DNA from: Kudoa neothunni
Lineage: Eukaryota > Animalia > Cnidaria
NCBI GenBank assembly: GCA_964304625.1
Contig: OZ199840.1
Location: forward strand, 1,256,733-1,320,732
DNA length: 64,000 nucleotides
Direction: 5' to 3'
Shown here one piece after another: positions 41,971 to 57,277 of this stretch (within the stretch, counting starts at the first letter, position 1; each line of letters starts with the position of its first letter). A program made the position numbers and the translations under genes. Under the pieces are notes generated by a model. It saw only the letters and a program-made list of their open reading frames with translations. It was not told the origin of the DNA and searched no databases.

Positions 41971-42576
41971 AAGTGTTTCCAAACATGGGAACCACACCCC
42001 ACTGGTTGGGCACGGAAAATCCTGAGTATTGATATGACATGGATAATGGTGAGATAACGGAGCAATGTGGTGCACTTTGAAATCAATACCTCGATTTTTG
42101 ATGTCGTTTAACAAAATTGACTACGAGTATCATAAAACAATGTCAAAAGCAATGATTAGTTATATAAGAAGAAATAATAACATTTAATGTGGATTTTACC
42201 CCTAACAGAATCTGAAAGACTTTAATTCCAATATTGCCTCATTTATCATCATGATCTTTCTTGATTTTGATTTAACATAATATAATATTGATTAAATTTC
42301 TATGTTAATTATTCATTTCCGGTTTATAAGTCCAGTATGCACGAACATCTTGCCCAATGCGGGTTGGGGATCACCACGGGTTTCACTTAAAGCTGTTTTT
42401 GACGGAGTGAAGAATTAAAGATTTAAATTTTAATAACAAAAGAAATATAAATTATTCACTTTCAAATTTTAATATGATAGTAAGCTTGATTGAAAGTTAT
42501 AAGCGGGTTATGTTAACAAATTAATATTTTTTCAAGATAAAATAGGGCGCGATGGAAGAAATGTTGGGAAACTCTG
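41971..42576 (+). mobile_element. Internally deleted hAT (Charlie/Buster-like) element
   Basis: TIRs AAGTGTTTCCAAACAT / ATGTTGGGAAACTCTG, with 8-bp TSD GTTTAATG/GTTTATTG. A remnant of an N-terminal Zn-finger-like frame (CGF...CLI) lies at about 42160-42260. Confidence 0.75.
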
Positions 42577-43560
42577 GTTTATTGTATATGATTTGGATTT
42601 ATATTGTGGTGAAAATTTACTGCTACTCTAAAATAAACCTTGTGATTCTGTTATTAAAAGCATTAATCTGCTTTAAAGATGAATGATACATAAAATATTA
42701 TATAGACTCTAGTTAGTCTAATTCTCACAACAATTTATCTATATTTAGTGAATAAATGTTATCGCGTATTTATATGGATCACAGACAAAACGACAGATCG
42801 AGAATTAACGCACATAGCAGGAGTGGCCAGACTTGCTCAAAATCGGAACTGCATTTAATGAACTTCAAATTTTTCTCAGCCGCTAAGCGTAAAAATTATG
42901 TTTCGGGGGTTGTTATTGTACTTACATTTCGTCTCAAAGTTTTGATGTATAATGGGTTAATGTTAAATTTATGCATTCTAATCCATAATAACTGCATAAT
43001 CCTATGACTATCTAAGTGCCGAATAACTTTACGAGAAATATATAGTGAAACAATAAGCCAAATCTAAATTTTTCAAGATCCGCGGTTCGGCCTCTCCATG
43101 CGTATACAATGGAAAGGTTAAGATTATTTTTAGATTAATCAAGGAAAAATAATGAATATAACTTTAGAATTTCCACTAGATTAGTTTATAACTATGTCTA
43201 CTTAAAAAAACTATACAGATGAATCATATTCGCTATTTACATTATATTTGTATGCACGATACCGCCTTTGGCGGCAAATGTGACCATGCGGTTTCCGCTC
43301 ACTCTACAACTTTTAAACCTAAATTCTACTTATCGAGAAAATTATATATTTTTACAAATAACCTTTTCTATATTTAAAAAAAATATTAACAAATTATTTC
43401 ATTCTTTAAAAAATTCTAATTAAAGGTATGGAATCACTACAAATAATAAAAACAAAATTTTCTAAAATACTATACCATTTGTGACGTTAAACTATATTAA
43501 ATTTTGCCATCTAATCAATAATTAAAATGATGTTTAAAATATTCAATCGGCCACAACTAA

Positions 43561-46194
43561 GATGATCTCTCTTCACTATAATGCACATGCGCATAAGATA
43601 TAGGATTATACTTATTTCGCTTTTTTTAAAGGTTATAGTGCTTTTACAAACAAAATAGCCTATAAAAATAATAAAATATATATTTAAGATATTATTTATG
43701 CACGTAAAATGATTACAGGTTATAAAAATTAACTTTTATTTATTGAAACATTATTGATGTATATGTGCAAGGTTTATGATTTAAGAATGAGATAATAATC
43801 AGAAATAAGAATTCTCTTCTTTATCTATACAAAAAGATAAATTAAATTTTATCAAAATGAATTTTAAGTCAGAATTCACAATAGTCAACCGAGTATCTTC
43901 TCTTATAAACAACAATGTAAGGTGAACTCTATAAATAAGGTTCAAAATATAAAATTAAAATTACAAAATTTATTTTAACAATATAATTTGGCGAAGATAT
44001 GTTTATATGATTTTTGGCCTCACATGTAGTGATAGTGAGTCGGATTTACTAAATTAATACGGCGAAAAGTATACACAGATTATTTAAAAGTCAATTTTCT
44101 TCATATACCGAAATAAAACAATGGCTTGATAATTTTATTAAAGTACTGTTGTAAAATGCTTTGTTCTTACATTAAAATCAAGGAATCTTGTTTCTCTTAC
44201 AGAAATGGTAGGAGCTTCAAAATAAAAAATGAAGATAATCAATCGGATAATATTAATAATAACGAAGAAAAATTAATTTACAGATATTTTAAATATATCT
44301 GCCCACATGGCGACATTAAACCATTCAAAAATGAGTACATCTGCACCTCAGTCCTCGTTATAAAAAGGTTGTCAAGCATTTATTACCATATCTCCTCAAA
44401 ATGAAGCGTCATATGTGCTTAATTACAATATTACTCACCATCATGTAAAATACGACATATCCTTCTATCAACATAATCAGAATGTATCAGATGTGATGAA
44501 ACGAACATTATCATTGTGTTTTAATAGGGGTGCAGATAACAAAAGAGTAAAATTAAGTCTTGAATCCGATTTGAACATCCCTTTCAGTTAAAAAACTTAG
44601 AAATATGAAACATCGCACAAACAGGAATACTCAAGAATCATTCTCAATGGAAGACCTTTCTAAAAAATGCGATGGTCAACTCTTGCTTGGCATCCACACA
44701 GAAGCAGAATCGGATGAACTAAACGTTTTCTGTTTCACTACGAAAAATATGAATAGTCTTTATTCTGACTATAATTAAATTTTACATATTGATGCAACCT
44801 AAAAAGTAGACAAAACAAGATATCCATTGTATCACTTTGCAGCGGTTGATTCTCATGGACGAACTCGATTAATCTTCTTCGCTTTTGTTAGAAATGAAAC
44901 TCAAAATTTTATTGATAATGTGACATCTTCGTTTGGTAAATTAATGGAAGAAACAGAAATAACAAAAGTTATCTTTGTTGATAAGGATTCAACTGAAATT
45001 AATTCATTAAAGAAATTTTTATTTAATGCAAATATATTGTCATATTCTTATCACGTAGAAAAATTCACTCAATTGAAGTCAATAAAAAAACAAAAAAAAA
45101 TAGATTGAAAACCCTTTCAAAGCAAACCGTTTATTTTAAATCATATGACGAATATCTATCCTTTTTAGATGGAATCAAAAAAAACAAATGACACATACTT
45201 TTTGTACCTTTCAAAATGTTGGTTAAATATTTCTGATATGTGGGCACAATGTCCGAGAAAAAACATTAATACTTTTGGATCCAATACTAACAATCGAATT
45301 GAACGAGCCTATGGAAAACTCAAAAGTTTTTTATCTAAGCAATCTCCGTTGCCAGATCGGATAGATGAAATTCTTCGTTATGTTAATATATTGGATAGCG
45401 AATTCACTATCAATGAGCACAATTACCTATGAACACACATAGAATATCCAATGATTTTATTACAATATGGGAATCAAAATCTTATTTTTTTCCCACCTAA
45501 AATCAAACATTGCCATGGTTATTAAAAGTAACGAAACATCTGTCTGTGACTGTCCATTCTTTTTACAGCATCATCTATTTTGCAATCATCTAATCAATCT
45601 GTTAAAATTATCTAAAATAAGCATTGAATCAATCGTTACAACAAGTTGGACTAAAAATAACCTTTTCAATGGAAAATCACCTGATATATTTCCCGAAATT
45701 TGTGATGATAGTTCACCATTGTCGGATTCATTTGTTGACAACGAAATGTTATTGGAAGATTCCCCTTCCAGGGGTGAAAATGTAAACCTAAAGTTTTGAA
45801 AAAATGATGAGTTAACTCAAAGAGTGCTACACACATTAAATTCAACGGGTGGAGAGGAGTATCGGAATTTTTACACTGAGATATCCAACTCACTACAAAA
45901 TTTCGAATAAAACTGTCACCCATAGTGTTAATGAAAAAGTGCGCCAAATAAAACAATGACATTCCAAATGAGTGGAAAGAGGTTACATCAAAAGGTAGAC
46001 CTAGAATCCCAAAACAATAATTTGAAATTTTCAAAATAAAGTTCTAATTAATCGTCCTAATACTAAAAAATATATTTTATCATTTTTATAAGTTATGTTG
46101 TTTGTAGAAGCGATAAAACCTGTAGAAAAAAGCGAAATAAGTATAATCCTATAATCCCCCGCGCATGCACCTCTACGATGGAAAGAGACACTAA
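43561..46194 (+). mobile_element. Full-length but inactivated MULE with SWIM-containing transposase
   Basis: Imperfect TIRs of about 125 bp (core TATAGGATTATACTTATTTCGCTTTTTT). Flanking direct repeat CCACAACTAA at 43551-43560 and 46195-46204. Broken ORFs: HIDAT, AVDSHGRT, FVDKDSTEI, NTNNRIE, CDCPFFLQHHLFCNH. Confidence 0.88.
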
Positions 46195-46691
46195 CCACAA
46201 CTAAAGGATTAACAAATAATTTTTTGAAACGTTATATTTTCTTCTCAAAAAATTATACACTAAAAAAGTAAGAGTGCAAATATATTTACAAGAAGACCCA
46301 AGATTTTACTGAAGTTCATTAATGTTGAATCACGCATAATTATTTTTTTGTATTTAACGAAAAAAAATTCATTCATCATCCTACAATGTATTTTTTAATA
46401 AAATCTCTATGATTAAGTCAATTATTCAATATTAGACCTCCTTAGAAAAGCCACAAATGATTGCCACCCTAGCTAGGTGATAAAATCGTTAAGTAGGTGA
46501 AACTGCGAAGTGTTAATGAATAATATTTCACCATAATTAAAAAGCATAAAAAATTTACACTATTAAGAAAAATCAAATGAAAAATGTTTCTGCCAGATAT
46601 TTATTCACCCAGAGATTAAGTCATGCGCTGAGTACGTGCGCAGCACATGCACGTTTTCTGACCTGGTGACGTTTGGCTCGATTTTGTTAAA

Positions 46692-49600
46692 ATGGATTCT
46701 TTTGGGAATGAATCTCACGCAGTAACCTAATTTTGTAAACATTTCTAAAGTTCCATTAACCTAGCATGATATTCTGAGCCCACTGGACCTCCATTTGATC
46801 AATGAGCACATAATTTCCGCTGAGTGAATCACATTTCTCATTTCCTATGTATTACTAAATTTAACTTAGGGCCAACGTTGAAAATCCAATTTCTACTGAT
46901 GAATGTAGATTGAGTTATTTAAATTTAACTAATTTTATTGATTTATTTAGTGCTGGTGCGTCAAAAAATGATTATCAAATCACTAAAAAATAAATGGTTG
47001 GAATATAAAAGGTTTTTGTGCTTATTTGGAATATCTGTCACAATATCATCGATTTTAGATTGAGTAACGAGTTGAAACGAGCCAACAGTGACCTAAAAAT
47101 GAAATACGACATGCTCGCCGAGAAGCAGGTAATTTTCTCATTGAAAAATTGATTCGTTTACAAAGCATCTGTTAAAATTTAGAAAAAATGGACTTTTTAT
47201 AAAGAAGCTGCCAACCACACGGATATGATTCGATTAAAAGAGAAATTACAAGTCGCCGAGGTTTGTTTTTGTGTTCACGCTGATTATTATAATTTTGTAG
47301 AGTGAAATTGAGTTGTTGAAAAGCACTCAACAGTCAAAAATAGACAGGGCTGTCCAATTGGCTGAAACAAAACTTAATCGCGCTCACGGAAAACAACTTA
47401 AAAAGTGTTATCCTATTTGTTCTCTTTTCTGTTACCAACCAATAAATAATTAAAGGTATGAAACCAAAATTGCGAGACTCGAGAAAAAAATAAAGTCGAT
47501 GGATAAGCCTAAAACTCCCCCCAAAAACATTTCTAAAAATAATCAGTCAATCCCGTTATTCAGTCTTTCGGTGAAACCGTGTCTAAACTTGTTTGAAATT
47601 CCCAGAAATCATATTCCTCATCTTGTTGAGATTTCTCCGGTTGTACCTCCACCAAAAAAAGCAAAACTAAAGCCATCCATGTGTGTTTTAGATGGTCCGC
47701 CAGCTGAGACAAATTCATCACAATCAAATTCACTTCATGACGAGCTTATTGGATTTGTAACTGATTCCTCAGACGTTGAAAGTGTATCTGAAGATTCTAT
47801 TGATACTTCCCAATCATTAGACTTATTCGTTGAAAACACGACCATAGTCGTTACCCCTCACAATTACAATGATCGTTTAATGAGTAACGAGCTTGTTCTA
47901 AGTGACTGCTCCAACAAGACACTGAGTCCTCAAGTTTTGTCGGACGAAGAAAAAATTAATCGACTCTTAAATAACCACCCCAATTATGAGACTATCGATG
48001 ACGCATCAACTGAGACAGATAGAAGAAATTCTGCAGATCCAATTAACGAAAATGGTATCACAAACGTTGTCGGTGAAAGCCCAAATTATCTATCGGAGGG
48101 CGAAATAATATCGGAAGATGAAAATTTGGAGCCTTTGATTAATGCGCCCTCTAAAAATCGTGATATAAAAGCGGTGAAAAATTTAAAGCGTTCCAATCCT
48201 GAGATTAATTTAACTGTCAAATGTTCTGCGGAGAAGGACCAACCTGTCAAAATGTTAAAATCTGTAACCAACCATCCCACATTGTCCAACCTTGGTTCGC
48301 TTGTTGATTTCTTCATGGATACCAACAATGTGGAAATCCACATAGAATACCTTGAACAATTTATTATGGACAACACATCGAAAATAGGCTCTATCTCATT
48401 TTCTCCTAGGCTGAGCGTGTTTTTGGTGGCGGCTTATCTTAGAGGATGTCCATCCACTCCTCAAACCAACCCAACTCCAAGAACTAAAAAGTTCCATTTT
48501 TCCAAGTGTGTCGGATGTTCATCGTGTTATTGTCGCGGTGACCTCATTGATATCAAGTCCAATTCTCGCGACAAAAAATGCTCGTGCATAAAGTCACTAA
48601 TGAGTCTGATTAGGTCATCCAGAAATATTCCGTCCTACGCGAGGGTTATTAGAATTGCATTTTTGGTCAATCGACATTGGCCTCATCTCAATATCTACGT
48701 GCATTTGGTGGATTGTATTCGGAGATGGATGCGTAATGATGTATCTATTAGTATCCATCAGAAGATCGCGTTATAGTAAGTTTGAACTTGATTAAATTTA
48801 TTACGACGTCGTGCATATTTAATCTCACCCCAATCCCTAATGGCACTTAACCTGTTTTTATTTTTGTTGATTATAATTTATATAAAATTGTTAAAATTTT
48901 TTCAGAAATTAAAGTTAATTTAATGCGCGCGAATTTTATTTTTTAACCTTTATTCCTTGTTTGATAGTTTAAGTTGGACAACTCAACAATAAATTGGCAC
49001 TATAATGGCATGTTAGAATATTTTTTTATTTTTAAGTTAAATGTGAAAATAATTTTATTTTTCAACGTTAATATTTCTAAAGTTTTCGTAGTAATTTTTA
49101 ATGCCACTGCGCGCCGCACACAGCAAGAAGGATTGAGCGATATTTGAATTAAGAAGGAAAATCCGGGGTTAATTAAATATAATTCGAATTTTCCTAATAC
49201 ACCTTTTGTATTAAATGAGCACGACTTTCAAAAGTTTGGATATTTCCGCCCAAGTTGTTGTTTATTCGGTGCGTGCGCACAATAGAGATTTTATTTGTGT
49301 GAAGTTTGGACTAAATGCTATCTAATTAACTAATGTTTATTATTACAGTAAATAGTAAATATTGAGGGAAGAGGCGTTGAATTTAATATCTGATAATTTG
49401 TTGGACTAATCATTATTTTGAATATTGTTTTCAATTAAAGAATTATTTATTTACTTAGTTAAGCTAAATATCAACTTATTATGTGGTATAAAATAATAAG
49501 GTTTATGAATTATTTACAGTCATTAGTCCCTTAAAATTTTCAATAACGAGAAATTTCAAATTTTTAATTAGTATTTTTTATGAGAAAACGTAGATTTAGG

Positions 49601-52600
49601 GTGTTGAATTAATAATTGTTAAAAAAAATAATAGAACAATAATACAATTTAAATGTTTATTGATAGTTAAATTTAATACAGTAGGTAATCGATTTTACAT
49701 ACTTTTTGCACATACGCACAATTATTATACAATATGCAACCGATGATACGCACTTTCATCGGTACGATATAATCAAAGTTTGTATTGTGTAAAACGCTTT
49801 ATAATATTTTTGAATTAAACTAGGGAATTTCCATTCTGTTATATCACGTGACTAACCAATAATACACACTTTTCCCGGCCAAACCACGTAGATTAAATTG
49901 TTTTTATTGGAAACGAGAGAGAAATTTTAATTCTGACGGTTGAATTTTTGAATAAAATGAAATTAGACTAAATATTATTTCAAGATTATGTTAGTTGCCA
50001 ATTAAAGAATGTTTTAAATGCACACAGATAAAGATTTTAGGATAAAAATTGCATATTATTATTCGGCCAAATAATTTTGATAATATTTTTTTGTTATTCT
50101 ATTTAAGTAAACGGTGTAATACCCATGCCGGAAAATAAGAAAACGCAAAATAAAATATGATACACACACATATTTGGTGTGTATTATCGGTTGCCTATTG
50201 TATATCCCATTTTTGGAATTTGAAAGAAAAAGTTAACGTCCTTTTTATTGACATAACATAAATGAATTAAAATTATACGACAGACAAAAAATCCAACTGA
50301 TACTTAATACTTAGTTTCAATTTTTGAAAAAATCAATTATTTTGGATTGTGTCATATTTTAACCCACTATGATATTTACACGTCTATTCCTAATTTTAAC
50401 CGTAATAGAATACAATCTAAAATTTGTTAAATTAGCGAGAGAATTGATTTCTTTTCTTGGAGAGGCTGTTTAAGACTGCTATATTTGATATATTGAAAAG
50501 TTACGCAGTAACTATCTTAACGTTTATTGTTTATTTATTAATGGAAGATTTTCGAAGTATTTTATGAGGATGTATTTTTCTTACAATGTTCTTATGTTTT
50601 CGCTTATCGTTAAATTTCTAAGTTTTCTGTGACTACTGCTACATTGATGAACAGAGTGCTTAGAAAAAAGTGTGCGAAATCGATACGTCACTTGATGTTG
50701 GGTATATATTTTGGATAATTTACAGTCGATTTTTTAATAAAAATTGCCGTTAAGTTGAGTGTATTTGTTTATATAAATGTTGGAAACATTTAGAGTTATA
50801 ATTAAATAAATTCACAAAAAGTGTGTAGAATCGACTATTGACTTTATTTAATATTTCTAATGCTTCTGCCGTATACTTTTAAAGCCGGAGACTATTGGCA
50901 CGCTACAATTTCATCCTATACAGCATGTACATTTGTGCGTGGGAAATTTGAATCTCAGCAACTCTTATTTACATTTACAAGCTGTTTAGAGATTTAATTT
51001 TTTTGGAATCCGCGATATTTAATTATTTACAATGTTAATAACCATTTCAACTTTAAAATGTTGAGACGCACGTAAGTGCAAAAAAAATTTGTCAATAAAT
51101 AAATTCTCAATGTATTTTAAGGACAGCGTGAAATTTTTACGTGGTTATTATACGTATAAATTAGAGTTTAACTTAATTTTCATTTTTCGTGATTTAATGA
51201 TAATGTCTGATAAATTTTTTAAAAAATATTAACTTTTTAAATTGTCACAACTAAATTTTTTACGTAATGTATTATCTTCAGACTTCAAACAACGAATTTT
51301 GGCATGATAGGATTAAGACTGAACACTAGAGATTAAATTTGTACCAGTCAATTAAAAAAATTTTTAATTAAAAAAAATTGAAGATTTACTAAAGTATTAT
51401 TAATTACTAGTAAAATTCTACTGGAAATTGCCAAATTCACTCATCAACCGTCGTTAGTGCCTCATTTTTTTATTGAAGCGCTTTTTTCTAACAACGAAGG
51501 AAATAATATCAATATGCTTGCAGCGCTTTTGGTCGCCACGTTAAAAACCTACCCCTCTTCACTGATGTGTCACTGCGGAAGAGGCGGTAGTGTGAAGTAT
51601 TGTTGTTTACTTGAGTGGTGTATCCAACTAGTGTTTTACCATGGAAACGATTATTCACAGAAGGCTTCATCTGAGAATTTGACCTTAGACAAGGTATTTC
51701 TAATGCTAAGATTTTTAAATTAATCCACAAATTATAACTTTCCATTCGTTAGACCTACCTCGCTAGTGTTTGTCAAGAAGTCATCAATCTTCGATTGTCG
51801 CCATTATTGAAAGTGGAATTTGATGCTATAATGAAATGTGGAAAATCGTTGATGGATATTTTTATTAATAGTATATTTGTTATCAATTTTGAATCCTTTG
51901 GATTTAATATTTAATTGCAATTTTGTTGTAGATTGTTTATATAACGATTTTTTGGTTGTGCTAATGGTCACATTCTACGTCACTGATATGAATTATGTGG
52001 AAGAAGTGCTAGTGAATAAAATAATTGTTCAAGTTTTGGAAGAATTTTGTGATAGTTCGCTTCCATTACAAGTAGAAATTGTTTTTTGGATATAATTCGA
52101 TAAACATAATTTTTTAGTCCCCTCTCAACTCTAATAACACCCCACCTTCAAACACTACGTTAAAATTAAGCGTTATCGCTAGTTTTATAAGTAAAATATC
52201 TATTCTAATCTGACTCAGTTTATTCCCCTCTTTAATTCTCTCATTAAGATAACGTCATCAACAATTCTCACATAAATTGTACCAAAACCAATCAATTCAT
52301 TAAAGCTCTTAATAGTTCGCCGACTCTTACCACACTTGTACATTCTGGTATTTTTTAAAGCGCCTTTGCCCAAAATTTAATAAATAATAAACGACTACAT
52401 TTGATTATTTTATTTAGCCCACAATTCTGGTGATACTCATCTCTCCGCTATTTTGAACGATACTTTGAATCTACTCAAATTGCCAACCTGAAATTAGATG
52501 CAAACTGTCAATGTTTTGATTGGATTTTATCATTGGAAACCTTGTGTATAATTAGATTGAATTTAGTTTATTGAGTTAACTAAATGGATTTTTTCCGCAA

Positions 52601-52781
52601 AGCTGGGATTACTTAGAATCCCATAAATTCAAATGTACCGTCATTTTATATTGTAAACACCATAAAGCTTTCTCACTATATGCGGAAATATTATATTGAC
52701 GTGAGTCACTTGCATTTACGCTATAGTGATGAAAACAAACTGATTACATATACATTAGTGGATTATCGGATTAGTATGTAA
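46692..52781 (+). CDS. Unknown multi-exon protein: N-terminal coiled coil, long low-complexity exon, helical C-terminal part
   Basis: Short GT-AG exons from ATG 46692 splice into the 47499-48776 ORF. Further coding-like exons at about 50460-52781 probably belong to the same gene, but linkage is uncertain. Confidence 0.55.
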
Positions 52782-52984
52782 ATAATAAAGTTTTTTTGTG
52801 GATTAATGTATGCATAAACAAAAGTCGGTTTGTTGTTGAAAACCACTCTCCAACATACATGGTTACTCATAGAGTTTTTATTATTATTCTCAATAGATCC
52901 CAAATAAGGCATCATGCGTAGATCAAATGCGTCACTAAGATTAGTGTGTTAATACGACGATTGAACTTCACCTAAAAACATAAA

Positions 52985-55900
52985 ATGTGTGGTAATGATA
53001 TTTTATTTAATCACCACCTCACAAATACATTTTTAATGTTTACCTATGTTCATATAATATAGGAATATTTGGATATCTTAATTGCAATGTGAATAGAACC
53101 AAACAGTATATCTTGACCACCTTGGTTAATGGGATCTATCGAATGGAATACAGAGGTTATGATTCATCGGGTAATAGAAAATTATATTTTTTAAATTTCC
53201 CCTCTAATCGCTTACTTATATAAGCCTTCTAAATAAATTCCAAATTAGCAGGCAATATTTAATGTTTATATTTAATGTGTATGTACTTAATGTGGTTGGG
53301 TGAGCTAATCTTGCTCTTCGATAGGATTGGCTGTTGACGGCCGCAACTCAACTAACGATGGTATTCTAGAAACGATGTAATTATTTGATTTTACTCTCCA
53401 TTATTATTCCAATATTATATTGAAATTTTTTCAATCGTGCGGATTAATTTTAATTATTTAATTAATATTTTTATTGTAGTTTAATAAGAAAACCTGGTAA
53501 AGTTAAAGAATTGGAAAAAGAAATTTATTTAAGTAAAATTTTATTTGAATTCACTCCTAATATACCGCAGACACCAACAAAATTGAATTCCAACAAAATA
53601 CCAAGTATCATTTCGGCATTGCACACACTAGATGGGCCACCCACGGAGAACCTTCTATAATCAATTGCCATCCTCAAACATCAGGCCCTTCAAACGGTAC
53701 TTTTCCCACAGGAGACACCTTCTCAATTTATCTAACGTAGAATTCGTCGTGGTTCACAATGGAATTATCACCAACAACAAAAGCATCAGAGAATTCCTTG
53801 TAAGAGAACTTGTTTGAAACTTTGCTTGTACTAATACTGTGATGATTGGTAGAACAAAAAAGGCTATAAAACTGTTTCCGATACCGACACCGAACTCATA
53901 CCTATTTTGTATAAATATTTTTGGGATAAATCTAAGTTGGTATGGGACTATTCGTTTAAATGTAAATTTGATTGATGCTACTTCAGGAAATGGGTATAAA
54001 ACTTTCTTTTCTCGATATCACAAAACTTGTAGTCGAAAAATTGGTATCAGCTATTTTATTTTTTAACTTACTATCAATTTAGCAATTTAATGTGTTTCAT
54101 TTTTTTGCTTATAGGAAGGAACCTATGCTTTGTTGGTCAAAAGCAACCTCTTTCCTAATGAAGTCATCGCCACAAGACGTGGTAGCCCTCTCATAATTGG
54201 ATATAAAACTTCCGGGCATCATCTTATGATAAGACAGACTCAACAAATCAGCGAGAGCGACATCTCGGGTAGGTTTACTCAGATGACGAAACCCCACATA
54301 GTAATTTGTCCTTACAGCCCACACCAAAAAATCACTCAGCTCCTGCCGCAGTGATTCCATAATTTGCGAAGATCAACCAACCGAATATTTTATTGCTTCT
54401 GATCCATGGTAATTTTTTCATTTAGAATATGGATTTAATATCTAATTTCACTAGTGCCATCATTGAGCACACTCGTGAAGTGTACTATTTGGAAGAGTTT
54501 GACATTGCTCATATTGACAACAAAGGACGTAATGGAACTTTAATGATAAAGTGAAAATCCAATTTGCCTTTTTAGTTATTAACTTTTACAACCCTGGTAT
54601 TGAAGAAAATGCCGCCACGACTATTGATAATTCTATCTCCGATATCCAAGTCATCACTAGAACTATGAAATGGCTGGACTTTGAAATGAGCCAAATTATG
54701 AAAGGTAACCCTTGGATTGTGTTTATTCACTATGCACAGGTGTGATTAAAAATACGATATTCTTATAGGAACATTTGATACTTTTATGGAGAAGGAAATA
54801 TTCGAACAACCGGAAAGTCTCACCAACACTCTCCGTGGTAGAATCAACCGGGAAACCCAGGAAATCATACTTGGGGGACTTTGCGCTCATGCTCAAATTA
54901 TCTCAAGATGTAAACGTTTAATTTTCATCGCCTGTGGAACTAGCTACCATAGCGCCATCGCTGTATATGATTTTAAATACATTTCAATTGAGTCGCTAAT
55001 TCTGTATTCTTATATGTCGTTCTTTAACAGGTTCGACAACTGATGATAGAAATGACAGATGTGCCCGTCATGGTGGAAATAGCTAGCGATTTTCTTGATC
55101 GTCAAATGCCCATTTTCAGAGATGACGCTTGTGTGTTCATCAGCCAATCTGGAGAAACAGCAGACACTCTTGGAGCATTACGCTACTGCAAAAGGCATCA
55201 GGCACTTCTCATCGGTATCACCAATGTGGTCGGAAGTTCAATTAGTCGTGAAACCAATTGTGGTATCCATATCAATGCAGGACCTGAAATCGGGGTAGCC
55301 AGCACCAAAGCCTACACCAGTCAAATCGCCTCTCTCATACTTATGGCTTGTTGGTTCGGCCGCGATAGTGTCTCCAAACAAAAACGTATCAGAGAGATCA
55401 CCGAATCATTAAAAAGTTTGCCTGCCATCATAGAAAAGACTCTCGGCTGTTACGAGCAAATAAAAAAAGTCGCTCCCTCACTCCAACACTTCCAAAGCAT
55501 GCTCATCGTGGGAAGAGGGTTCCATGTGGCCACTTGTCTTGAAGGAGCTCTGGTATTATTTCCTGGATTTATTGTTCTGTTAAAACTAATCGATTTGATT
55601 AGAAAATCAAGGAGCTTTCTTATCTCCATTGTGAGGGCATTCTTTCCGGTGAGCTTAAACATGGAACCTTGGCTCTTGTCGATTCAAATATGCCTGTCAT
55701 ATTTATCCTTTCGAAAGATTCTGTATATGATGTAATTATTTGATTTATATTTTCGTACTTGTTGCTAGTTTTCAAATTTTACTTTTTATTAATTGTAGAA
55801 AAGTATTAATGCTCTGGAACAAATTCTCAGCAGAAAATGCCGACCAATTGTACTGTGTGATGAAGAATGCGAGATTAATGACCCTCGAGTGGAAACCGTT

Positions 55901-56095
55901 ATCAAAGTCCCTCATGTTATCGACTGTTGTCAAGTGATCTGTACAGTTATCCCTTTCCAACTCCTTGCAATGACTCTTGCTAAACTTAGAGGGCATGATG
56001 TAATTTGCATCTATATAAATTTTAATCTATGATGAAACCGATTTTCTTAGGTGGATTGTCCTAGAAACTTAGCCAAATCTGTTACTGTAGAATAG
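52985..56095 (+). CDS. GFPT1: Glutamine--fructose-6-phosphate aminotransferase (GFAT), multi-exon
   Basis: [62 protein letters not shown] and [14 protein letters not shown]. The GFPT1/GFPT2 paralog distinction is not resolvable here. Confidence 0.96.
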
Positions 56096-57277
56096 AATCA
56101 CATCTTTTTAGTTGGATATTTACTTTGAACTGTTTTCTTAGTATAGTCTTATTGAATTACATTAAATTTTTTGGTTTTTCTATCGCATTTTATTCATTTT
56201 TTTGATAATTTAATGTGTAACTTTTTTACGTTCCCATTTACAGAATAATTTCAATTTAAATAAACATTGGAAAAAGTTCTCATTTTCTTTAACCAATTTA
56301 ATTTTTCCCATTATAATTGTGTGATTTTCAATAATTCTTTTATGGTCGAGGTGCTTATTAATTATTTAAACTTGAATCGTAATGTTAAATTATGTTTGTT
56401 TTTGGGGCGATTAAATATTTTTCATAAATGAAGAATTTAGTGCACTGTATAACAATGTTTCCGAGACTCATTCAAGTATTTATTTATCTGTATAAACAGT
56501 TAACATCATAGTATATTTTTTGTGATTTAATGTACAAAATTATGAAAGTAAATTCAGTTTTTTATATAATTAAATAATTATTTCTTTGCATTATTTGCTA
56601 ATATTGAGAATAGAAGAAATATCATTCATAAATAATGCAGGTTATTTAATAAGGCGAATCTTTACTTTATTTTCAACTGTTCAACCGTATTCTATAAAAT
56701 AAATTGGGTTGAATTCATGGTCAAATAATCCGTAGTTTATTGATAATATTTAGTGTTGCATAATCCTAAACTTAATTTTTCCAACGGTGGATGTTATTAG
56801 AATTTATTCGATAGTGATATTTTAAGTTAAAAGAATAAACTCCTGGTGCAGCTTATGATTTTTGTTTACAAAGAAAAATTCTTGAAGCAACTTCTTAGGT
56901 GGTAAGGTTCTGACAGTGTAGACTAACTCCCTGAACACCTTAGACATCGTGAAGAATAACACTTTAAATTTTTCTTAACTTTTTTCTATAGGTATGAGAT
57001 TTGACCTACTAAAAATGTTATTTCGAAAGAAAAAACTATATAAAATCCAACTTTTTAAACTTTAAAGGCGCTGGTTCAATGGGAACGTGAACAAAGCATT
57101 TAGGGGTGAGATCGGATCACAATTATAAATAATTTTTGAGATGTTTGTTTAGGTAAATTTTCGATTTTCCAATACGTAAATGGGGGAAACTTTGTAAATA
57201 CATGGTTATTTTTCATACTGTAATCAGTTTTCGAACTTTTTTGATAAACACAGAAATATCTTATGAGATGTGTTTAA

